From Paludibacteraceae bacterium (GTDB taxonomy: Bacteria > Bacteroidota > Bacteroidia > Bacteroidales > Paludibacteraceae), in contig JAFXPK010000051.1 of the NCBI GenBank assembly GCA_017527905.1, positions 16,388-80,387 on the forward strand: DNA of 64,000 nucleotides, written 5' to 3'. Below, one piece after another: positions 48,401 to 57,728 of the stretch. Each line of letters begins with the position of its first letter. The stretch's first letter is position 1. The translations under genes were made by a program, and so were the position numbers. The notes beneath the pieces were generated by a model. It made no database searches, was not told where the DNA came from, and saw nothing but the letters and a program-made list of their open reading frames with translations.

Positions 48401-48594
48401 AAAAGGAAAAGTTATTGAAGCACTTACGCCAATATAATTGTTATCCTACCGGAAGGCAAAAGGGGAGCCACGCACAGTTCAAAAACCTCGAAACCGGAGC
48501 ACAGACAATTATCCCCATACACAATGAAATATCAGACATATTGGCGAAGAAAATATGCAAACAACTTGGCATACCTGTAGTTGGAAACAATTAA
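48397..48594 (+). CDS. hicA: HicA-family mRNA interferase toxin
   Basis: The product contains LLKHLRQYNCYPTGRQKGSHAQFKNLETGAQTIIPIHNEISDILAKKICKQLGI. The GSH..F and P.H motifs are characteristic of HicA/YcfA. Confidence 0.82.
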   Translation: MKKEKLLKHLRQYNCYPTGRQKGSHAQFKNLETGAQTIIPIHNEISDILAKKICKQLGIPVVGNN

Positions 48595-48765
48595 CAAACA
48601 AAAAACATACTCTCAGAAAAGAGATTCTAATCCCCCAAAAACAGAATGCGCCATCATTACAGACGCGCAAACATCTCCTGAAACCCCTGTTTTTTTGCAC
48701 CCCCCAACGTTTCCAACCATTGTTTCCCCTTCCACAACAATCGCCCCAAAGATGAGGATCCTCAA

Positions 48766-48860
48766 AAATAGTAAATCGTAAATAGCTAAATAGTAAATCA
48801 AACACCCAAATAGTAAATCAAACACCCAAATAGTAAATCGTAAATAGCTAAATAGTAAAC
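48766..48860. repeat. AT-rich tandem repeat with A-B-B-A unit order
   Basis: Unit A is aaatagtaaatcgtaaatagct (48766-48787 and 48828-48849). Unit B is aaatagtaaatcaaacaccc (48788-48807 and 48808-48827). A partial unit follows. Confidence 0.85.
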
Positions 48861-48951
48861 ATTTACAATCCTTCCACAAACCAAACAAAAAATCCTCCAC
48901 CCTCTTCCACGAAACAGAAAACATTGTCACTAATTATTCCACGATTTTTTG

Positions 48952-48959
48952 TAACTTTG
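48952..48959 (+). promoter_or_regulatory. -7 box TAACTTTG
   Basis: It lies 50 nt upstream of the metG ATG. Confidence 0.55.
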
Positions 48960-49008
48960 CACTCCGTTTCAGCATGCGATAGAAAAAGAATAAATAATTA
49001 ATAACGAT

Positions 49009-51069
49009 ATGGATAAGAAATTCAAAAGAACAACGGTCACATCGGCCCTGCCATACGCCAACGGTCCCGTACACATCGGTCACCTGGCGGGTGTATACGT
49101 GCCAGCGGACATCTACGTCCGCTATCTCCGTCTGAAGGGTGAGGATGTGGTATTCATCGGCGGCTCCGACGAGCACGGCGTACCGGTCACGATCCGGGCG
49201 AAGAAAGAGAACTGCACCCCACAAGACGTGGTGGACCGCTACCACAAGATCATCAAGGACTCCTTCCAGGAGTTCGGCATCTCGTTCGACATCTACTCCC
49301 GCACCACCTCCAACGTGCACCACAAGGTGGCTTCCGACTTCTTCCGCACGCTCTACGACAAGGGCGAGTTCATCGAGAAGGAGAGCGAGCAATACTACGA
49401 CGAGGAGGCGAAGCAGTTCTTGGCGGACCGCTACATCGTGGGCGAATGTCCACGCTGCCACGCGCAAGGCGCTTACGGCGACCAATGCGAGAAGTGCGGT
49501 AGCGCCCTCTCCCCTGAGGAGCTGATCAACCCAGTCAGCAAGCTGTCCGGCGCCAAACCGGTCATGCGCAAGACGAAACACTGGTACCTGCCGTTGGACA
49601 AGCATGAGGGATGGCTCCGCAAATGGATCCTCGACGACCACAAGGAGTGGAGAACGAACGTCTACGGACAGTGCAAGAGTTGGTTGGACAACGGTCTGCA
49701 ACCCCGTGCCGTGAGCCGCGACTTGGATTGGGGTATCCCTGTGCCTGTGGAAGGCGCCGAGGGCAAAGTGCTCTACGTGTGGTTCGACGCCCCTATCGGC
49801 TACATCAGCAACACCAAGGAGCTGTGCGACAACAACCCTGAGAAGTTCGGCAACTGGGAGAAGTGGTGGAAGGATCCGGAGACCCGCCTCGTACACTTCA
49901 TCGGCAAGGACAACATCGTATTCCACTGCATCGTCTTCCCTTCCATGCTGAAGGCGGAGGGCAGCTACATCCTGCCGGACAACGTGCCAAGCAACGAGTT
50001 CCTCAACCTGGAGGGCGACAAGATATCCACCTCCCGCAACTGGGCGGTTTGGTTGAACGAATACCTGGTGGACTTCCCTGGCAAGCAAGACACCTTGCGC
50101 TACGTGTTGACGGCCAATGCGCCTGAGACGAAGGACAACGACTTCACATGGAAGGATTTCCAGGCCCGCAACAACAACGAGTTGGTGGCCATCTACGGTA
50201 ACTTCGTGAACCGCGCGCTGGTGCTGACACAGAAGTATTTCGAAGGGAAAGTGCCTGAACTGAAGGGGCTGACCGACTACGACAAGGCCACTTTGCAAGA
50301 GTTCGCCGACGTGAAGGAGAAGTTGGAGCAACTACTCGATAACTTCAAGTTCCGCGACGCGCAGAAGGAGGCGATGAACCTGGCCCGCATCGGAAACAAA
50401 TACTTGGCGGAGACCGAGCCTTGGAAACTCTCCAAGACGGACATGGACCGCACATCGTCCATCCTCCACATCGGTCTGCAGATCGCAGCCAACCTCGCCA
50501 TCGCATTCGAGCCATTCCTGCCATTCTCTTCGGAGAAACTTCGCAAGATGCTGAACATGAACTCATTCGATTGGAACCAATTGGGCAAGATCGATTTGCT
50601 GCAGACGGGTGCGCAACTCGGCAAGGCGGAGCTCCTCTTCGAGAAGATCGAGGACGAGGCCATCGATGCGCAAATGAAGCGTCTGGAGAACATCAAGAAG
50701 GAGAACGAGGCCAGCAGCTGGCAGCCAGAGCCGATCGAGGGACAGAGCACCATCGACGACTTCGCCAAGCTGGACATCCGTGTCGGCACCATCCTGGAAT
50801 GCCAGAAAGTGCCTAAGTCGGACAAGCTGCTCCAGTTCAAGATTGACGACGGTTTGGGCGGACGCACCATCCTTTCCGGCATCGCGAAGTCTTACCCGGA
50901 TCCGCAGGAATTGGTAGGCTTGCAGGTTCTCTTCGTGGCGAACTTCCCTACCCGCAAGATGATGGGTCTCGAAAGCCAAGGCATGATCATGTCGGCTGTA
51001 GACAAGGACGGCAAGCTGGTGGTCACCTCCGTATCCAAGAAGGTGGCGAACGGTTCCAGAGTGGGATAA
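49009..51069 (+). CDS. metG: Methionine--tRNA ligase with C-terminal tRNA-binding (EMAP-like) domain
   Basis: The HIGH-type motif is [11 protein letters not shown], the zinc knuckle is [18 protein letters not shown], and the KMSKS-equivalent is KISTS. The C-terminal region is [25 protein letters not shown]. Confidence 0.95.
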   Translation: MDKKFKRTTVTSALPYANGPVHIGHLAGVYVPADIYVRYLRLKGEDVVFIGGSDEHGVPVTIRAKKENCTPQDVVDRYHKIIKDSFQEFGISFDIYSRTTSNVHHKVASDFFRTLYDKGEFIEKESEQYYDEEAKQFLADRYIVGECPRCHAQGAYGDQCEKCGSALSPEELINPVSKLSGAKPVMRKTKHWYLPLDKHEGWLRKWILDDHKEWRTNVYGQCKSWLDNGLQPRAVSRDLDWGIPVPVEGAEGKVLYVWFDAPIGYISNTKELCDNNPEKFGNWEKWWKDPETRLVHFIGKDNIVFHCIVFPSMLKAEGSYILPDNVPSNEFLNLEGDKISTSRNWAVWLNEYLVDFPGKQDTLRYVLTANAPETKDNDFTWKDFQARNNNELVAIYGNFVNRALVLTQKYFEGKVPELKGLTDYDKATLQEFADVKEKLEQLLDNFKFRDAQKEAMNLARIGNKYLAETEPWKLSKTDMDRTSSILHIGLQIAANLAIAFEPFLPFSSEKLRKMLNMNSFDWNQLGKIDLLQTGAQLGKAELLFEKIEDEAIDAQMKRLENIKKENEASSWQPEPIEGQSTIDDFAKLDIRVGTILECQKVPKSDKLLQFKIDDGLGGRTILSGIAKSYPDPQELVGLQVLFVANFPTRKMMGLESQGMIMSAVDKDGKLVVTSVSKKVANGSRVG

Positions 51070-51116
51070 TGCCCACAAAAGGATTCGATAAATAAAAATT
51101 CTAATTCAGATATGAC

Positions 51117-51155
51117 AAGGAGCAGAAGATCGACATTCTGCTCCTTGTTTGTTTT
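51117..51155 (+). terminator. Rho-independent terminator after metG
   Basis: An 11-bp stem (aaggagcagaa / ttctgctcctt) is followed by gtttgtttt. Confidence 0.7.
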
Positions 51156-51231
51156 GGGACGAACCACACAATCAGGGGATATTGTCCTCTCAAAAAAGAA
51201 TGCGCATTTGTCGATTATTATCATCATTTAC

Positions 51232-51239
51232 TATCTTTG
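51232..51239 (+). promoter_or_regulatory. -7 box TATCTTTG
   Basis: It lies 95 nt upstream of the ATG at 51334. Confidence 0.45.
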
Positions 51240-51333
51240 TACAGCAGTTCATCCGATTAATATCATTACAACGATTTGAAAGATTGGTTTGGAAAGCGAC
51301 CAAAAGATATAAACATTAAAAGCCAATAGCATC

Positions 51334-54300
51334 ATGAAAAAATTTAGCTTCATGAAAAAAAACTTAGTATTACTCTTATGCTTCTTTGTCATTTCTGTCG
51401 GAAATTTCTGCGCATGGGCCGCAGATGACGCACAGCGCACCAATTGCAAGTATTTATCATTTCAATCAAGCGACAATGAAATGGGGAAGATAACAATATA
51501 TCACATTGGTCACCCCGACGAGCCGGACACCTCCTATATTGAAGGAGATTGGCTGGAATTCTGCGACTCGGACTCATTGTACGTGACAGCCACCCCAAAA
51601 GAGGGTTATCAGTTCTCACAATGGAACGATGGAGACACTTCAAACATCATCGGCACCTCTTTCGGCGACTTCGAGCAAATCGTAAGAAGCATCCCCGCAG
51701 GCGACTCACTGAGGGCAGTCGCACTCTTTGAACCAGCCAAGGACACCTTCCGCATATCCATTTATCCGGATGACAGTAACAAAGGAAGGACAAACAACTA
51801 TTTCTATGGCATCGTAGGGCAAAAGATAGAGAAGTTCGCGGAGGCAAACGACGGCTACGAGTTTGACTATTGGGAGTCCATCCACGGCTATTCGACCGAC
51901 ACCATTGTAGGCAACGACACACTGGTGGCACATTTCAAAAAAGCGACAATACCATGTAAAACCATCGTATTCCTCTCCGACAAAGAGGAGATGGGAACGG
52001 TCGAGGTGTTCAGCTTAGGCGGCGCATTTATGGACACCACCCATATACAGCCCAACCGGTTAATATTTTGCCCAGGTGATTCCATCTACGCTGTGGCAAC
52101 ACCGAAGGAAGGCTACAGTTTCATCCATTGGAACAACGGAGACACCTCGAAAGTTATACGCTCATACAGTGGACTACTTGAAAAGGGAATACAGGGAATA
52201 ACGGCAGAAGACACGCTGTTCACAGTGGCTTACTTCGTGCCAGACTCGCTCAACAATTATCTTGCCGTATCATCATCGAACTCTCAGATAGGAGTCGTTT
52301 CGGGTGGAGGCAAGTTCGCAGACTCCACCATAGTACAAGTATACGTAAGCTCTAGATTATGCGCCCGATTCTCCCACTGGAGCGATGGGGACACCACCAA
52401 CCCCCGCATATGGAGGAAGAAGGGAAGCGACTCGCTCGTGGCCTATTTCGAGGAGGACGCCACCCACCTAATAGTCGAGTCGGCGGACGAAGAGCAAGGC
52501 ACAGTCACCGCACAAATTGGAACGGATACGATAGAGAACCATTACACAGTGACGTGGAGTGAAACACAGACTATCACACTGAGCGCCCAAGCCAAAGCAG
52601 GATACCAGTTCGTAGAATGGAACACGGGCAACAAACGCCCCACCATCAAAATCCATTCAGGTTGCGACACGATAAAATACACCGCATACTTCGAGCCAGC
52701 GAAGGACACCTTCTGCATATCCATTTATCCGGATGACAGTAACAAAGGAAGGACAAACAACCATTTCTGTGGCATCGAAGGGCAAAAGATAGAGAAGTTC
52801 GCGGAGGCAAACGACGGCTACGAGTTTGACTACTGGGAGTCCATCCACGGCTACTCAACCGACACCATTGTGGGCAACGACACGCTGGTGGCACACTTCA
52901 AGAAAGAGCCTATACCATGTAAAAGCGTCGTATTCCGCTCCGACGAAGAGGAGATGGGGGCAGTCGAGGTGTTTAGCTTAGGAGGCGCATTTATGGACAC
53001 CACCCATATCCAACCCAACCAATTGATGGCATGCCAAGAGGATTCCATCTATGCGGTGGCGACACCCAAGGAAGGCTACATCTTCAGCCATTGGAGCAAC
53101 GGAGACACCTCGGGTGTTATATACTCACACGGCGGACAACTTGAAAAGGACATACAGGGAATAGCGGCAGACGACACGCTGAACGTAGTGGCATACTTCG
53201 AGGAGATAGGAGAAACGGATAGCACCCCCAACTATTTGACTTTCACCGCCGAAGAGGAAGGTTCCTCCTTCAGCATAGCGAATATCAACAATGATCCAGA
53301 CATTCAATACTCCATCAATAACGGTAAGACCTGGAGGAGATTGAAAGCGAACGAGAAGGTCGTTTTGGAGAACAAAGGAGACAAGGCATTACTAAGGGGC
53401 ATGAACCCTGAAGGATTCTCGGAGAGCAATTCGGCATGGGAAGACAAATACACAAAATTTGTGATGGAAGGTCACATCTCGGCAAGTGGCAGTGTGATGA
53501 GTCTTTTGGACAGGAAAGGAGTCAGCACGACGATACCTTCCAACTACTGTTTCGCAAGTCTTTTCTCGGATTGCGTTTCCCTAACGGAAGCGCCGGAATT
53601 ACCTGCCACCACATTAAGATATAGTTGCTACAAAAGCATGTTCAGTGGTTGTGTGATCTTAGAGAAAGCGCCAGAATTGCCAGCAATGGAACTAGAGAAC
53701 GATTGCTATAAGATGATGTTTCAAGGATGTACGGGACTGAAGCAAGCACCCGACTTGCCTGCGACAAAATTGGGGAACAATTGTTACGAGATGATGTTTG
53801 ACGGATGCACGAGCCTCACCCAAGCGCCCGCCCTACCCGCCACAAAGTTAATGGAGAGTTGCTACTGGTGTATGTTTAAGGGCTGTACAAGTTTGACAGA
53901 AACGCCAGAATTGCCAGCCACCCAACTGACATATAGGTGTTATTGTGGCATGTTCTCCGGATGCACCGGTCTAACGTCCACACCGGAATTGCCCGTGACA
54001 ATATTAGCGTGGAATTGCTACCAAGCCATGTTTAATGGTTGTACGGGGATAAAACAAGCCCCCATACTGCCTGCCACCGTATTGAAGCCGGGATGTTATG
54101 AATATATGTTCTCCGGATGCACTAATTTGACATCCGCCCCAGAATTGCCAGCCATGACCTTGGCGGAGGAGTGTTATTTAGGAATGTTCCAGAATTGCAC
54201 ATCACTTACTCAAGTGCCAGAATTGCCAGCCACGGTATTGGATAAACAATGTTATGCATATATGTTCAAAGGATGCACGGGGATAAAGGAGCCTCCGACA

Positions 54301-54978
54301 CTGCCGGATGTTGTCGCTCCTTACTGCTATCAAGCCATGTTTTGCGGTTGCACCGGATTGACAAAGGCACCGGAACTACCCGCCACCACACTGGAGGAAG
54401 GTTGTTACGAAAGCATGTTCTGCGAGTGTACCGAACTGACAGAAGCACCCGCACTGCCTTCTCGTGATGCACCTATGTTCTGTTATTACAACATGTTCGA
54501 GAAATGCACCAATCTGAAAACAGCGCCAGTGTTATTGGCCGATTCTTTAAGTTCCAGTTGTTTCTGGGAAATGTTCTCCGAGTGTCATTGCGTGGACAAA
54601 ATCGAAGTATCTTTCACCGAGTGGGGCAATAGCACCGTCAATTGGCTCAATGATGTGGCTCCGACAGGAACCTTCATCTGCCCAAAAGAACTTCCTATCG
54701 AATATGGCGCAAGCAAAATACCTGAAGGGTGGACAGTAGTGTACAAGGAAGAAACAAATGGCACGGTGACACCCCTCACGAATAACAGATTCAGTGTCTG
54801 GGCCGTCGACCTCACCATCCACTACCAAGGCACAGAGAAAGCGGTTGAAGTCTATGGCCTCAACGGTGAACTTGTGGCGAGGAAAGCCGCAGGAGACGAT
54901 ACAGGATCGATTACTGTGCCACAAAGAGGCGTCTACATCGTCAAGTCGGGCACGGAAAGCGTCAAGGTGGAATTATAG
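51334..54978 (+). CDS. 1214-aa T9SS cargo: Listeria-Bacteroides-type (InlB B-repeat-like) repeats + beta-sandwich + 14 LRR-like 26-residue Cys-containing repeats + CTD
   Basis: The N-terminal repeats carry a GY.F..W.DGDTS pattern. The core repeats follow LPAT.L...CY..MF.GCT.LT.APE and occur 14 times (about 53533-54610). The C-terminus is VEVYGLNGELVARKAAGDDTGSITVPQRGVYIVKSGTESVKVEL. Confidence 0.8.
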   Translation: MKKFSFMKKNLVLLLCFFVISVGNFCAWAADDAQRTNCKYLSFQSSDNEMGKITIYHIGHPDEPDTSYIEGDWLEFCDSDSLYVTATPKEGYQFSQWNDGDTSNIIGTSFGDFEQIVRSIPAGDSLRAVALFEPAKDTFRISIYPDDSNKGRTNNYFYGIVGQKIEKFAEANDGYEFDYWESIHGYSTDTIVGNDTLVAHFKKATIPCKTIVFLSDKEEMGTVEVFSLGGAFMDTTHIQPNRLIFCPGDSIYAVATPKEGYSFIHWNNGDTSKVIRSYSGLLEKGIQGITAEDTLFTVAYFVPDSLNNYLAVSSSNSQIGVVSGGGKFADSTIVQVYVSSRLCARFSHWSDGDTTNPRIWRKKGSDSLVAYFEEDATHLIVESADEEQGTVTAQIGTDTIENHYTVTWSETQTITLSAQAKAGYQFVEWNTGNKRPTIKIHSGCDTIKYTAYFEPAKDTFCISIYPDDSNKGRTNNHFCGIEGQKIEKFAEANDGYEFDYWESIHGYSTDTIVGNDTLVAHFKKEPIPCKSVVFRSDEEEMGAVEVFSLGGAFMDTTHIQPNQLMACQEDSIYAVATPKEGYIFSHWSNGDTSGVIYSHGGQLEKDIQGIAADDTLNVVAYFEEIGETDSTPNYLTFTAEEEGSSFSIANINNDPDIQYSINNGKTWRRLKANEKVVLENKGDKALLRGMNPEGFSESNSAWEDKYTKFVMEGHISASGSVMSLLDRKGVSTTIPSNYCFASLFSDCVSLTEAPELPATTLRYSCYKSMFSGCVILEKAPELPAMELENDCYKMMFQGCTGLKQAPDLPATKLGNNCYEMMFDGCTSLTQAPALPATKLMESCYWCMFKGCTSLTETPELPATQLTYRCYCGMFSGCTGLTSTPELPVTILAWNCYQAMFNGCTGIKQAPILPATVLKPGCYEYMFSGCTNLTSAPELPAMTLAEECYLGMFQNCTSLTQVPELPATVLDKQCYAYMFKGCTGIKEPPTLPDVVAPYCYQAMFCGCTGLTKAPELPATTLEEGCYESMFCECTELTEAPALPSRDAPMFCYYNMFEKCTNLKTAPVLLADSLSSSCFWEMFSECHCVDKIEVSFTEWGNSTVNWLNDVAPTGTFICPKELPIEYGASKIPEGWTVVYKEETNGTVTPLTNNRFSVWAVDLTIHYQGTEKAVEVYGLNGELVARKAAGDDTGSITVPQRGVYIVKSGTESVKVEL

Positions 54979-55036
54979 CCAAGAGAGTTATGGGGAACCG
55001 TCCGATTCGCCAAGCGTAACCGGACCGGATCATACG

Positions 55037-55070
55037 AAAGGTGAGGCTTCGGTCTCACCTTTTTTGTTTT
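55037..55070 (+). terminator. Rho-independent terminator
   Basis: The stem is aaaggtgag / ctcaccttt with a gcttcggt loop, followed by a T-run. Confidence 0.7.
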
Positions 55071-55106
55071 GAGCCACCCATTTAGTTTCGGAAAAACATT
55101 TTTTTG

Positions 55107-55114
55107 TACATTTG
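55107..55114 (+). promoter_or_regulatory. -7 box TACATTTG
   Basis: It lies 24 nt upstream of the ATG at 55138. This supports that start over the track start at 55069. Confidence 0.55.
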
Positions 55115-55137
55115 AGGAAAATATAAAAAACAGTAAA

Positions 55138-55974
55138 ATGAATACGAAATATTTAGCATTACCCCTATTGTTCTTTAGTGGAATAGCTTACGGAGCAGAC
55201 ATAATTGTCACAACTGACAAAAAAAAGATTGATGCAAACATCGAAGAGGTATCCTCAGAATATATCAAATACAAGAAAACATCAAATCCCAACGGACCGC
55301 AATTCGTAATTAAGACTTCCGAGGTGGTTACGGTAATCTACGACAATGGTGAAGTGCAAAATTTCGGTGGGAATATTTCAAACAGAGACAATTCGAAGCA
55401 AGCAGAAATTGTGGCCAACGGTCAATTCATATATGATGAAAAAACATACCCGCAAGGAACAGAGACAAGGGATTGGAACGATTGGTTAGACTATATCAAC
55501 ATTGTATCTCGCATCAATTTCGACAAAGTTGAGAATCTCTATATAATGAAAGTAGATGACTCTAAAATAACCTACCCTGACAAAAGCGACAACCAATACG
55601 AACCATTAGTGGAGGGGGTAGAATCTTTCAACTCAAGGATTGAGATGGCAATACGCAAGAAATTTCCAAACATGAACATCTTCCAAGTGAAAAATTTCGA
55701 CGAGTTGTCTATGAAAGATAATTCAGTGCTTTTCGTTCCGAAATTCGACCACGTAGACATGGGGAGCAGAGCTGCACGCGCATGGGTTGGTTTCGGCGCG
55801 GGCGCACAGACCATGCGTATTTCCGGGTATGCCATAGACAATACAGGCAAGTTCTATTTCAATTTTTGGCATCAACGTAAGACATCCTCCTCAAAGAGAT
55901 ACCAAAGTGCAGTCAATGATGAATTGGATAATCTGTCGAGAGATATTGCGAACGTCTTCGTAAAAATAAAATAG
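55138..55974 (+). CDS. Secreted hypothetical protein (C-terminal half possibly DUF4410-like)
   Basis: The signal peptide is MNTKYLALPLLFFSGIAYGA. The N-terminal domain of about 55 aa is shared with the next gene. The C-terminal GSRAARAWVGFGAGAQTMRISGYAIDNTGK recalls DUF4410 lipoproteins, but that is from memory only. Confidence 0.55.
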   Translation: MNTKYLALPLLFFSGIAYGADIIVTTDKKKIDANIEEVSSEYIKYKKTSNPNGPQFVIKTSEVVTVIYDNGEVQNFGGNISNRDNSKQAEIVANGQFIYDEKTYPQGTETRDWNDWLDYINIVSRINFDKVENLYIMKVDDSKITYPDKSDNQYEPLVEGVESFNSRIEMAIRKKFPNMNIFQVKNFDELSMKDNSVLFVPKFDHVDMGSRAARAWVGFGAGAQTMRISGYAIDNTGKFYFNFWHQRKTSSSKRYQSAVNDELDNLSRDIANVFVKIK

Positions 55975-56039
55975 CAAGTGGCCATCACTGGGATGAATAC
56001 ATGTGTGAATTCTTAAAGCAACAACCATATTGATCGATC

Positions 56040-56909
56040 ATGAAGAAAAAAATACTCCTCTTGCTGCTTATGGCGGGGCAGTTCATGGCAGGCTCGGCGA
56101 AGGACGTAATCGTTTTGAATAGTTCAGGCTCCATCGAGGCGAAGATCCTTGAGGTAACACCGACAGAAGTCAAGTACAAGAAACTGAACTACTTGGATGG
56201 CCCTACCTTCGTCATCTACAAATCGGACATACGCACCATCACCTACGGGAATGGGGATGTTGAATCCTTCACACAGAAGGAAGAAAAGAGCACCGTCGTG
56301 GAAAGTACCAGTAATAGCGAAAGCGCAAGCATCAGCACAAGCGCAAACGTCAGCACAAGCGCCAATGACAGCGCAACCGCGACCGTTAGCGCAAACACGT
56401 TAGCCCCCATCGATAGTGAGGGGAGCATTTCACCCAAGGAAGAGCCTACATACCCGATGCTCGACCGTGTAAAAGGGCAATACGTGTTAGGAGACCTGAC
56501 CATGGACAAGAAGGAGTATGGAAGATTCTTATATACCAATTGTCCTATCGCCTACCAGAAGTGGCAATCCGGCACGAAAAGGGTGAAGAGCGGATGGACA
56601 TTGGCCATAACCGGTTTTACCTGCGAGATGATGTCCACCATCTCATTCATCTCCTACGCGAAATCCGAGCGTTACCATGCAAGAGGAGGTTACTACACAT
56701 ACAACGACGGAGCATTGGCGCTAGGCATCGCGACTTTGGTGCCGGCAGTGCTGCTTGAGACGACCGCCATCCCGCTATTAGCCACAGGCTACGTTTCAAG
56801 GCGCAAGTCCATCGGTCTGTACAACGAACAATGTGTGCCGAAGAACTCAGCGTTCGAGTTTCGGCTGAGCCTGAAGGGGAACGGCTTGGGACTGTCATTG
56901 AACTTCTAA
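56040..56909 (+). CDS. Hypothetical membrane protein with the shared N-terminal domain, a Ser/Thr/Ala-rich linker and C-terminal TM helices
   Basis: The signal peptide is MKKKILLLLLMAGQFMAGSA. DVIVLNSSGSIEAKILEVTPTEVKYKKLNYLDGPTFVIYKSDIRTITYGNGDVESF parallels residues 21-76 of the upstream protein. Hydrophobic segments: WTLAITGFTCEMMSTISFISY and LALGIATLVPAVLLETTAIPLLATG. Confidence 0.55.
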   Translation: MKKKILLLLLMAGQFMAGSAKDVIVLNSSGSIEAKILEVTPTEVKYKKLNYLDGPTFVIYKSDIRTITYGNGDVESFTQKEEKSTVVESTSNSESASISTSANVSTSANDSATATVSANTLAPIDSEGSISPKEEPTYPMLDRVKGQYVLGDLTMDKKEYGRFLYTNCPIAYQKWQSGTKRVKSGWTLAITGFTCEMMSTISFISYAKSERYHARGGYYTYNDGALALGIATLVPAVLLETTAIPLLATGYVSRRKSIGLYNEQCVPKNSAFEFRLSLKGNGLGLSLNF

Positions 56910-57005
56910 CCGAGGACATGTGTTTTAGAATGATTAGAGATTATTAGGGGATTGCACCTCCCTAGTTTGTAATCACAGGCAAATAGAGACATCCACAAAA
57001 GCAAC

Positions 57006-57038
57006 GGAGGCTGGCTTATCAAGAATAAGCCAGCCTCC
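57006..57038. terminator. Bidirectional hairpin between convergent genes
   Basis: A perfect 14-bp stem: ggaggctggcttat / ataagccagcctcc. Confidence 0.65.
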
Positions 57039-57061
57039 AAATATTTTACAAAGATCACAGA

Positions 57062-57508
57062 TCACTGTTTCTCATAATATGATATACACAATGTGGTTTT
57101 CGCCTCTTCGCTATCGATGTCCCCTCCCACTATAGTCCAGCGCATTTCAAGCATCTGTCCATTGTTTCCTAACGCAACCGCATATTGTTCCGTCTTTTCA
57201 TTACGCAACAGAGACAGCGTATCAGAATCTAACACATACGTACCACTCATACGGAAAGAAGGAGTATTGGCGTTATATTCCTCGTACGTTCCATCTTCCT
57301 GAAAAGAGAAGAGCCATACATTCGAGGGCACATCCACCTCCCTGACGCCTCCATCGTATATATTTTCATGCTTCACATACTTCCACGTCCCGACGACAGA
57401 TTTCACCGAATTATCCTTTTCATCATCGTTTTTTTCACATCCAGAGCATACAATCGCAAGCATAAACATCCCGAATAGACTTGCACATAAAAAATTTTTC
57501 CCGTTCAT
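57062..57508 (-). CDS. Lipocalin-like lipoprotein, function unknown
   Basis: From the ATG at 57508 the product begins MNGKNFLCASLFGMFMLAIVCSGCEKNDD, which includes a lipobox. VVGTWKYV is typical of lipocalin-like domains in Bacteroidales. Confidence 0.55.
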   Translation of the reverse strand: MNGKNFLCASLFGMFMLAIVCSGCEKNDDEKDNSVKSVVGTWKYVKHENIYDGGVREVDVPSNVWLFSFQEDGTYEEYNANTPSFRMSGTYVLDSDTLSLLRNEKTEQYAVALGNNGQMLEMRWTIVGGDIDSEEAKTTLCISYYEKQ

Positions 57509-57662
57509 ACTATTAGTTTTTTTATTAAACAACAAGCAACCATCCCAATCACCTGATTATCAAATATAAGAAAGAAACAATATTTTTACAACATTATCAA
57601 TCAAAAAATTACACAAACAGTATAATCAAGTCGGATAACGAGTCTTGGTTCATTCGGGCGGC

Positions 57663-57699
57663 ACAAACAAAACAGGGGCACCTCCTTGTGGCGCCCCTG
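57663..57699 (-). terminator. Rho-independent terminator after the 57729-60119 gene
   Basis: The stem is caggggc / gcccctg, followed on the minus strand by ttttgtttgt. Confidence 0.55.
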
Positions 57700-57728
57700 C
57701 TAGATCAATCATTCACCGATCACATGTC

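Noticed and set aside
48934-50331. 465-aa minus-strand ORF, plus 50277-50882 and 50563-51078
   Set aside because: They are antisense to metG.
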